DNA from: an uncultured Rickettsiales bacterium
Lineage (GTDB): Bacteria; Pseudomonadota; Alphaproteobacteria; Rs-D84
Length of the DNA: 64,000 nt
Reading direction: 5' to 3'
Assembly (NCBI GenBank): GCA_900546225.1
Contig: URBZ01000003.1
Location: forward strand, 17,857 to 81,856
Shown here: positions 29,155-36,189 of the stretch, one piece after another
Layout of the letters: the number at the start of each line of letters is the position of its first letter
How positions within the stretch are numbered: position 1 is the first letter of the stretch
Made by a program: the position numbers and the translations under genes
The notes under the pieces: generated by a model
The model's input: only the letters and a program-made list of their open reading frames with translations
Told to the model about the DNA's origin: nothing
The model's database searches: none

Positions 29155-29640
29155 TTAACGATGCTTTGTCTTGCTCTGTGCGCGGGCAAATTCGGTCATA
29201 AACCGCGCAAATTCTGTTTTATCTTTGCGACAACGTGGCCACAGTTGTTTCATTGTCGCATTATCAATAACCGCGCTGTATTTCGCCGTGTCGACCAATA
29301 TTTCACGCCACTGGCGCGCAACGTCACCGTTGTCTAAACGCAGTGGCGCGTCCATCGGGACGGTTGCAAACACCCGCGCACCATCAATGCGGACATCGCG
29401 CCCAACCAGTACACGCGCAGACCACGCAACCTTTGAAATATATTCATTGCCACCATCGTGCACAACTGTTCGCAATCCCAACTGTATTTCAGGCATACCA
29501 ACCGTCAAATGCGTTGCAACATGCGATTTCATAAAATCCAGATGGCGCAAAAATTCCGTCAGAACCAGTGGATTGTAAAACTCGGCATAATTTGGTTCAT
29601 AAAACGGTGTTTTGAATGCGATTTTTACTCTGGTCTTCAT
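29155..29640 (-). CDS. Hypothetical protein (161 aa) coupled to truB
   Basis: The ORF has coding-like composition and its stop is 2 nt from the truB start. It has no motif I recognise and does not resemble RbfA, which normally occupies this position. Confidence 0.5.
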   Translation of the reverse strand: MKTRVKIAFKTPFYEPNYAEFYNPLVLTEFLRHLDFMKSHVATHLTVGMPEIQLGLRTVVHDGGNEYISKVAWSARVLVGRDVRIDGARVFATVPMDAPLRLDNGDVARQWREILVDTAKYSAVIDNATMKQLWPRCRKDKTEFARFMTEFARAQSKTKHR

Positions 29641-29661
29641 GTGGGGGTGTCCTTTGGTTCT

Positions 29662-32193
29662 TTACCCGAACAGCGTCAGTTGCGTTGTATCATTCGGCTG
29701 CATCACACGCGACGGCTTTTTCGGCGCAGGCGTTGTGGCAGCAGCGGGTACAGGTGTGATATTTTCTGTTGTGGCACGCGCCCCCTCCAATCCGGCCAAA
29801 ACAGATTCTGCACGTGCAACAACCGATGCCGGCATACCCGCCATTTTAGCGACGTGTATACCATATGAACGATTGGCAACACCCGCCACAATTTTATGCA
29901 TAAAGACAATATCGTTATTATGTTCGCGCACATCAATGGTCAGACACGATACATTACGCAACCGCCCCGCATTGTCACCCACCAATGTCGTCAGTTCATG
30001 ATAGTGCGTGGCAAACAATGTGCGTGGCGACAATTCGTCCAGATATTCCAGCACCGCCTGTGCAATCGCCATACCATCATATGTTGCCGTACCGCGACCA
30101 ATTTCATCAAATATGATAAATGATTTTTTTGTGCACCGACGCAAGATGTTGGCGGTCTCGCTCATTTCTACCATGAATGTTGATTGTCCCGCGGCCAGAT
30201 TGTCTGATGCGCCAACGCGGCTGAATAACTGGTCACAAATACCAATCGTCGCGCGCGATGCCGGCACAAACGAACCCAAATGCGCCAACACCACAATCAA
30301 TGCATTCTGGCGCAGATATGTTGATTTACCAGCCATATTTGGGCCGGTCAGCAATGCAATCGGGCGCACGTTCAAATTACAATCGTTTTTAACAAAATTA
30401 TCGCCACGTGTGCGCAATACTGATTCAATTACGGGGTGACGACCACCCACGATGTCAAACGCGCCATCGTCGGTAATTGTTGGCCGCACCCAGCCATAGT
30501 CACGCGCCACCGTGGCCAACGCATACCACACGTCCAAATCCGCCAGCAAGTCCGCCACAGACAGCAAATCATCAGATATCGCGCGAATGTCCGCAATCAG
30601 ATTTGCAATAATATCATTTTCGATACCTGTTGCGCGTTCGGCCGCACTGCGCACATTATTGTCTAAATCAATCAGTTGTGCGGTGGTGAAACGCATATTG
30701 CCCGCCAATGTCTGGCGATGTATAAATCCTGATTCTGGCATCATCAGTGCGTCGGCACGTGCCGATGGCACTTCAATAAAATACCCCAAGACATTATTGT
30801 ATTTGATTTTCAGTGTGTGCACACCGGTCTGGGTTGCATACTGTGATTGCAGGCCCGCGATTGTTTCTTTGGCCCCGTGTGCCAATGCGCGCATATTGTC
30901 CAGTGCAACATCAAACCCGTCACGTATAACCCCGCCATCACGGAAAAATGTCGGCAATTCATCGGCCAACGCATGTGACAGTTTTATTGCCAAATCACTG
31001 TGCGTGTTTATATTTGCAAATTGCGCCGCCAACCCCGCGTCCAGACGTGGCCCCATCATTTTGAAATTCGGCAATTCAATCAAGAAATCCGCAACATGAC
31101 GCATATCGCGCGGCGTTCCGCGCCCCGACAACAGGCGCGTCAAACTGCGCCCGACGTCCGGCACAGATGACAGTGATGCCGCAACGGTCGCCATAACATC
31201 ACTGTTCAAAATCATATGACCAATGTGTTCCTGACGATTGCGAATTTCCGTCGCATCGCCCGACAATGTACGCAAATAGCCGCGCAATTTACGCGCGCCC
31301 GCCGCGGTTTTTGTCGTGTCCAAAACATCAATCAAACACGCGCCACCATCTGATATTGGGGCATCTATTTCCAAACTGCGCCATGTGGCAGAATCGACCA
31401 ATAATTGTGCACCCGACTTGAATACATACGGTGCACGAAATGTTGTTGTGGCGTCCCGCTGGGTATTAAACAAATATCCCGCCAGAATTTGAATTGCAGA
31501 CATTGCCGGCACATCTGTTGCGCCATCAATCGCGCCCGAAAATATACGTGATACAATCTGGTCAATGTCTGCACGGTGATACAGTTTTTCATACACTGGC
31601 GTTGTCTTGAACACATCGCGCAGGTGTTGAATGGTTTCTGTTTCTGCGTCGCGTTCAGGATAAATAACCTCTGCTGGATTTATGCGAACCAAATCATCCA
31701 ATACGTCAGCGGTGCGACCAACAAAAAATTCACCCGTTGAAATATCACACCCTGCGATATCAAACGCATCGGCATTTGGTACAACCGCAACCAAGAAATT
31801 AGAATTTTTTGGTGTCAGTAAATTTTCATCGGTCAATGTTCCCGATGTCAAAACACGAATGATTTTGCGTTCTATGTATTTATGACCACGCGCCTTGGCC
31901 TGTGCGGGGGTTTCCATTTGTTCAACCAGCGCAACCTTGAACCCTGCGCGAACCAAGCGGCCAAAATAATTGTCCGCCGCATGCCATGGAATCCCACACA
32001 TCGGAATGTCCGCGCCGTCGCCGTCCGTGCCACGCGCCGTCAAAACCAGCCCCAAATTTTGGCTGATTATTTTTGCATCTTCGAAAAAAGATTCGTAAAA
32101 ATCCCCCAAACGAAACATCAACAGTGCATCTGGATTTTCGGATTTCATATCCATGTACTGTTGCATAACTGGGGTCAGTTTTGGTTTTTCCAT
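29662..32193 (-). CDS. mutS: DNA mismatch repair protein MutS
   Basis: N-terminal TPVMQQY...K......L.FR.GDFYE.F mismatch-binding motif, Walker A GPNMAGKSTYLRQ, and FDEIGRGT. Confidence 0.95.
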   Translation of the reverse strand: MEKPKLTPVMQQYMDMKSENPDALLMFRLGDFYESFFEDAKIISQNLGLVLTARGTDGDGADIPMCGIPWHAADNYFGRLVRAGFKVALVEQMETPAQAKARGHKYIERKIIRVLTSGTLTDENLLTPKNSNFLVAVVPNADAFDIAGCDISTGEFFVGRTADVLDDLVRINPAEVIYPERDAETETIQHLRDVFKTTPVYEKLYHRADIDQIVSRIFSGAIDGATDVPAMSAIQILAGYLFNTQRDATTTFRAPYVFKSGAQLLVDSATWRSLEIDAPISDGGACLIDVLDTTKTAAGARKLRGYLRTLSGDATEIRNRQEHIGHMILNSDVMATVAASLSSVPDVGRSLTRLLSGRGTPRDMRHVADFLIELPNFKMMGPRLDAGLAAQFANINTHSDLAIKLSHALADELPTFFRDGGVIRDGFDVALDNMRALAHGAKETIAGLQSQYATQTGVHTLKIKYNNVLGYFIEVPSARADALMMPESGFIHRQTLAGNMRFTTAQLIDLDNNVRSAAERATGIENDIIANLIADIRAISDDLLSVADLLADLDVWYALATVARDYGWVRPTITDDGAFDIVGGRHPVIESVLRTRGDNFVKNDCNLNVRPIALLTGPNMAGKSTYLRQNALIVVLAHLGSFVPASRATIGICDQLFSRVGASDNLAAGQSTFMVEMSETANILRRCTKKSFIIFDEIGRGTATYDGMAIAQAVLEYLDELSPRTLFATHYHELTTLVGDNAGRLRNVSCLTIDVREHNNDIVFMHKIVAGVANRSYGIHVAKMAGMPASVVARAESVLAGLEGARATTENITPVPAAATTPAPKKPSRVMQPNDTTQLTLFG

Positions 32194-32205
32194 TTTGCGA
32201 CGCGC

Positions 32206-32406
32206 CTATGCTTGCGTTTCAACCTTTAACGTTTCGATTTTCAGTTCTGCTTCTTTCAGCAACTGTTCGCAATATGCCTTTAACTTGATACCCTGTTCGT
32301 ACGCCGCCACAGAATCCGCCAACGGCAATTCACCAGATTCCATTTTCTTGACCAATTCGGTCAGTTGCTTGTACGCATCTTCAAATGATAATTTTTTGTC
32401 GTCCAT
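32206..32406 (-). CDS. xseB: Exodeoxyribonuclease VII small subunit
   Basis: MDDKKLSFEDAYKQLTELVKKMESGELPLADSVAAYEQGIKLKAYCEQLL fits XseB. The longer 134-aa ORF extension is rejected. Confidence 0.85.
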   Translation of the reverse strand: MDDKKLSFEDAYKQLTELVKKMESGELPLADSVAAYEQGIKLKAYCEQLLKEAELKIETLKVETQA

Positions 32407-32497
32407 TTCTGTGCCTTTGTTTTGTTGGTCTAAATGTACAAGATAAAATGCCGATTGTAAAGGGTCAGTTTTTATAATTCGCCCTGCTCTTAAACAG

Positions 32498-32526
32498 TTG
32501 CAAAGCAGAAAAGATTCTTTTATAGT
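32498..32526 (+). promoter_or_regulatory. Sigma-70-like promoter of the Cys-rich-protein leader
   Basis: TTGCAA (32498-503), 17-nt spacer, TATAGT (32521-26). Confidence 0.5.
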
Positions 32527-32535
32527 AGTAGTGTC

Positions 32536-32562
32536 ATGGTGTGTTGCCATGATGGGGTCTGA
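32536..32562 (+). other. Mini-ORF MVCCHDGV (candidate leader peptide)
   Basis: ATG GTG TGT TGC CAT GAT GGG GTC TGA begins 9 nt after the -10 element, with no SD (leaderless geometry). It contains two adjacent Cys codons. Confidence 0.3.
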
Positions 32563-32594
32563 TAGCCCGTTTCGTGCGTCGGAATAAGTTCCGA

Positions 32595-32618
32595 ATGCGC
32601 ACACGCGCATTTTTTATT
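32595..32618 (+). terminator. Leader terminator 1
   Basis: ATGCGC-acac-GCGCAT is followed by TTTTTATT. Its 5' arm overlaps the 3' arm of an upstream hairpin (GTGCG-TCGGAA-taag-TTCCGA-atg-CGCAC, 32574-32602). Confidence 0.55.
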
Positions 32619-32633
32619 ACGACGAAAAATATA

Positions 32634-32758
32634 CTCCTGAACCAACCGGTCAGGAGGGTTGCGAATATATTGAATAAGCACACAATTCACGAAATTGTTA
32701 TCAGCCTCCTGACCACCAAATAACTTGGTGGTTTTTTCGTACGAAAAACAACAGGAGG
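32634..32758 (+). promoter_or_regulatory. Four-segment SD/anti-SD switch in the leader
   Basis: CTCCTGA (32634-40), GGTCAGGAGG (32648-57), CCTCCTGACC (32705-14), and the true SD CAGGAGG (32752-58). Segments can pair 1:2 plus 3:4 (SD sequestered) or 2:3 (SD free). Confidence 0.45.
32713..32737 (+). terminator. Leader terminator 2
   Basis: CCACCAA-ataac-TTGGTGG is followed by T6. It lies 29 nt upstream of the ATG at 32766. Confidence 0.6.
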
Positions 32759-32765
32759 TAAAACA

Positions 32766-33104
32766 ATGAAAGCAAAAATAATCACAAGTATCGCACTGGC
32801 AATTATTGTCATGCCAAATCTGGCGCGCGCCACGTGCATGGACGTTGTAGAATGTCTGGAAAACGCGGCCAGCGGATATTGTTGTTGTGCAAATGGACAA
32901 ACAAAAACTGTGGTGGGGTGTCCATCTGGCTATACTGCGGTTGGGACAACATGCACCCGCGAAGATACCACTGGCAGCGACGAAACCGGAACATATGTAA
33001 TATCATACGGAACATGCGACGCAACGGTATCAACCATAGATTGTTTCAGCACGCGACTGCAATCATCAATAGGCCGCGATGAAAACTGTATGTGCAATAT
33101 GTAA
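32766..33104 (+). CDS. Small secreted Cys-rich protein 1 (hypothetical)
   Basis: Strong SD AGGAGG 7 nt upstream and a signal peptide ..NLARA. The mature part has about eleven Cys, including CCC, and the motif CPSGYTAVGTTCTR shared with the next ORF. Confidence 0.6.
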   Translation: MKAKIITSIALAIIVMPNLARATCMDVVECLENAASGYCCCANGQTKTVVGCPSGYTAVGTTCTREDTTGSDETGTYVISYGTCDATVSTIDCFSTRLQSSIGRDENCMCNM

Positions 33105-33117
33105 AAAGGTGAAATAA

Positions 33118-33399
33118 ATGAAACGCATATTTATTTTCGCCATTTGTATGGCAACAATGGTGCACGCCGCCATTGCCGCATGCGTGCAATCCGGCAAGAA
33201 ATATACATCGTGCGCGGCGGGATATTACCTGTCGGGTGGGGTATGTACACGTTGCCCCGCCATTGGCAATACATATGGTACAACATCGGCAAATAACACA
33301 GGTGACATAACGTCGTGCAGCATTGCCGGCAATACCCAATGGGGCGAAGACAGTCGTGGCTTTTATACCTATGAAGGTGACTGCCACTATTCTAACTAA
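33118..33399 (+). CDS. Small secreted Cys-rich protein 2 (hypothetical, paralogous motif)
   Basis: Signal peptide ..VHAAIA and six mature Cys. CAAGYYLSGGVCTRC aligns with CPSGYTAVGTTCTR of the preceding ORF. Confidence 0.6.
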   Translation: MKRIFIFAICMATMVHAAIAACVQSGKKYTSCAAGYYLSGGVCTRCPAIGNTYGTTSANNTGDITSCSIAGNTQWGEDSRGFYTYEGDCHYSN

Positions 33400-33403
33400 A
33401 AAA

Positions 33404-33426
33404 CACCGGCAAATGCCGGTGTTTTT
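33404..33426. terminator. Bidirectional terminator (CCGGCAAATGCCGG family)
   Basis: CACCGGCAAATGCCGGTG is flanked by A6 and T5, between convergent genes. Confidence 0.75.
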
Positions 33427-34306
33427 ATTTAGTCAGTTTTTCAACCAGTTCGTTCAGTTGCACGCGGGTGGCAAATGATATAACAATCTGGCCCGCACCA
33501 CCACGACGTTCTGATATCTTGGCCTTTGCACCAACGGCATCGGAAATGCGGCGTTCCATATCACGACGGACGTTGTCATCAATCGTTTTATTTGTGTATG
33601 CACGACTGGTGCTGCGACGTGCGCCCTGCTTTACACGTGTGGCCGCGTCCGCCACCGACAGGCCGTTTTGAACAATTTCACGTGCCAATTCAGCTGGATT
33701 TTCCGCAACCGCGATTGTACGTGCATGCGATGCCGACAATTCGCCCGATTTTACCATTTCTTTGACACTGTCTGGCAATGTGCAAATACGCAACATGTTG
33801 CGAATATGACTCTCTGATTTGCCAATCAGGCGCGATACGTCGTCCATGGAATAGCCACACTTTTCCATTATGTTTTTGTATGCGGCGGCCTCTTCTATTG
33901 GGTTCAGGTTTTCACGCTGGACATTTTCAATCAGCGCGATTTCCATTGCATTGCCATCGTCCAATGATTTAACCAATGCGGGAATTTCCGCCAGACCCGC
34001 CATCTTGCTGGCGCGATAACGACGTTCGCCCGCCACAATTTCATACATATACGGGCGATTTGTGACCGCACGCAACAAGATTGGTTGTAATACGCCCTTC
34101 TCCTTTATAGACGCCGCCAAATCCGCCAATTCGGCATCTGTAAACGTCTTGCGCGGCTGGTCAGGGTTTGCGCCAATTTGCGCCAACGGTATTTGTTTGA
34201 CCACCACGCGATCACCACCGGTCAATGCGGTGATATCTGGCACAGATATGCCGATTTCATTTTGCAAATCGGCCAAGCCACGCCCCAATCCAAACTTAGT
34301 TGCCAT
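33425..34306 (-). CDS. parB: Chromosome partitioning protein ParB
   Basis: GLGRGL..L, the ParB box IVAGERRYRA, and an HTH segment. It overlaps the parA end. Confidence 0.9.
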   Translation of the reverse strand: MATKFGLGRGLADLQNEIGISVPDITALTGGDRVVVKQIPLAQIGANPDQPRKTFTDAELADLAASIKEKGVLQPILLRAVTNRPYMYEIVAGERRYRASKMAGLAEIPALVKSLDDGNAMEIALIENVQRENLNPIEEAAAYKNIMEKCGYSMDDVSRLIGKSESHIRNMLRICTLPDSVKEMVKSGELSASHARTIAVAENPAELAREIVQNGLSVADAATRVKQGARRSTSRAYTNKTIDDNVRRDMERRISDAVGAKAKISERRGGAGQIVISFATRVQLNELVEKLTK

Positions 34307-35078
34307 TTTCGCCCCCTTCCAGTTTTTGAATTATTTCGGTTGCAACGCGCAGATACGCCTGTGCGCCACTTGAATTAAAATCATAGAATAACGCCGGTTT
34401 ACCGAAACTGGGTGCTTCGGATACACGGACATTGCGCGGAACAACGGTCTTGAACACTTGGTCGCCAAATGTTTTGCGCACATCATCGTCAACCGCACGT
34501 GTCACGCCATAGCGACGATCATACATGGTCAGCAAGAACCCCAGCACCGCCAATTTTGGATTTATCTTGTCATGCACGGCACGAATTGTCATCAGTAATT
34601 GCTGTACACCCTCTAACGAATAAAATTCACACTGCATCGGGACAACAACCCAATCAGACGCAACCAATGCATTTATAGTCAGATACCCCAATGTTGGTGG
34701 ACAATCCAATAATATATAATCATAGTGTGACGCAACCGTTGCCAACGCATCGCGCAGGCGAAATTCGCGGTTATCAGCGTCCAGCAAATCAATTTCTGCA
34801 CCCGCCAACGCCATACTGGACGGCATAATGTGCATATTTGGTACGGCGGTTGTCAAAATATTGTCGGCAGCCGCGGCCGTGCCCATAATAACACCATAAA
34901 CGCTTTGGCGATGCGCGCTGCGCACAAAACCCAAACCCGTGCCAGCATTACCCTGTGGATCAAGATCAACCAACAAGACACGCTTTTTAATTGCCGCCAA
35001 TGATGCGCCAATATTGATTGCGGTTGTTGTTTTTCCGACACCACCCTTTTGATTTGCAAATGCGATTACTGTTGCCAT
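34296..35078 (-). CDS. parA: Chromosome partitioning ATPase ParA
   Basis: Deviant Walker A IAFANQKGGVGKTTTAINI, then DLDPQGN. I set the start at MATVIAF (ATG 35078). Confidence 0.9.
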   Translation of the reverse strand: MATVIAFANQKGGVGKTTTAINIGASLAAIKKRVLLVDLDPQGNAGTGLGFVRSAHRQSVYGVIMGTAAAADNILTTAVPNMHIMPSSMALAGAEIDLLDADNREFRLRDALATVASHYDYILLDCPPTLGYLTINALVASDWVVVPMQCEFYSLEGVQQLLMTIRAVHDKINPKLAVLGFLLTMYDRRYGVTRAVDDDVRKTFGDQVFKTVVPRNVRVSEAPSFGKPALFYDFNSSGAQAYLRVATEIIQKLEGGENGN

Positions 35079-35188
35079 TAGTTTTTCACCATTCCTTTCT
35101 GATGCTGCAAGTATTATAAAAAGGTCTAAATCGGTCAAGGCAATTATATTTTACAAACAAAAAACATAGTAATTACAGTTTAATAAAA

Positions 35189-35205
35189 TTTATTTCATGT
35201 GAAAT
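35189..35205. repeat. 17-nt near-palindromic flank repeat (left)
   Basis: TTTATTTCATGTGAAAT matches 36190-36206 at 16 of 17 positions. Confidence 0.7.
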
Positions 35206-35249
35206 AAACCACATTTGACATGTGCATATTTTGTTATACAATTTATAAT

Positions 35250-36173
35250 ATGCGGTTCAAGACACTGTTTACTTTATCAACATCTGTTGTCGCCAGCGCA
35301 ATGTTGTGCTGGGGCGGGGTGAAAAAACATCAAAAAACACCGGTAAATGCCGGTAAATTTTCAACCGTCCAGACGCTTGAAATTACCAGTGATACGATCC
35401 GCGTAACCGATTCGAATTTTAATCATGTTTCTAAAACTGCGGCGGCTGGATTATTTTTCCCGTACGAGAACAAGGTTGTTGTATATCATTTCAAACCAAT
35501 GGACACCACTGCGCGTGTTGTGCATTTCTGTGATATGAACAACCAAATGAAACCACTGGTTCAGCGGCACGAGGTTGAACATGCACGCAAGGCGATATTT
35601 ACCCACCAAGACGAATTGCATTCGCCATATGTGCGCGGGCAAATTGCCGCAATGAATGAAATTATCGCACCAGCGGCCGAAATTATAGAGGCACTGGATT
35701 GGCGCGCAAAGCATGGCAGCCGTTTCCCAACACTATCAAATTGTCTGGCACGTGCCGACCGCGATATAACACGCATGGCAGACACATTAAAAATGACATG
35801 GCCGTTGGATTTTAACAGACCAGAAATTGCAACACTGGTCATGAAATATGCGTTGCAAAAATTCCAAATTGAATTTAATCGCGGCGTTTATCGTACAACA
35901 ATACGTCGGGCAACCGAATCGGTATCAGATAAAAAATACACGCCAAACGACCAATGCGGTTTTCCATATCAAGACATGTTATTCTGTCCCGAATCAGATA
36001 TGTGGGCACCAATGTGGTCATTTAATTCACTGCGTGGGCGTGTAAACCCGTGGATGTTTGCTGATATTGATATGCGCAAAAAATTACTGAGCAATGTGGA
36101 AAAATGCGTTGAAACAGCCAGCAATGTTACCGGTCAAAAACCACCTTTTTTAATAAATGCAAAAATGCGCTGA
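35250..36173 (+). CDS. Secreted hypothetical protein with HExxH motif
   Basis: Signal-peptide-like MRFKTLFTLSTSVVASAMLCWGG and HEVEH at nt 35568-35582. By eye it is more AT-rich than its neighbours. It lies on the opposite strand inside the normally contiguous parA-rsmG junction. Confidence 0.55.
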   Translation: MRFKTLFTLSTSVVASAMLCWGGVKKHQKTPVNAGKFSTVQTLEITSDTIRVTDSNFNHVSKTAAAGLFFPYENKVVVYHFKPMDTTARVVHFCDMNNQMKPLVQRHEVEHARKAIFTHQDELHSPYVRGQIAAMNEIIAPAAEIIEALDWRAKHGSRFPTLSNCLARADRDITRMADTLKMTWPLDFNRPEIATLVMKYALQKFQIEFNRGVYRTTIRRATESVSDKKYTPNDQCGFPYQDMLFCPESDMWAPMWSFNSLRGRVNPWMFADIDMRKKLLSNVEKCVETASNVTGQKPPFLINAKMR

Positions 36174-36189
36174 TTTCAATAAATTATTG

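Noticed and set aside
29155-29640. Calling the 161-aa ORF upstream of truB as rbfA on positional grounds.
   Set aside because: The sequence shows none of the RbfA features and is too long. It is left as hypothetical.
32407-32610. The 134-aa version of the xseB ORF extending upstream.
   Set aside because: XseB homology starts at MDDKKLSFEDAY (ATG 32406). The extension has no similarity to XseB.
32407-32765. A housekeeping ncRNA (SRP/4.5S, 6S, RNase P, tmRNA) in the 360-nt gene-free region.
   Set aside because: None of the conserved cores I remember is present, for example the SRP GGAA/AGCA domain IV, the RNase P GAGGAAAGUCC, or a tmRNA tag ORF. The region is better explained as a promoter plus structured leader.
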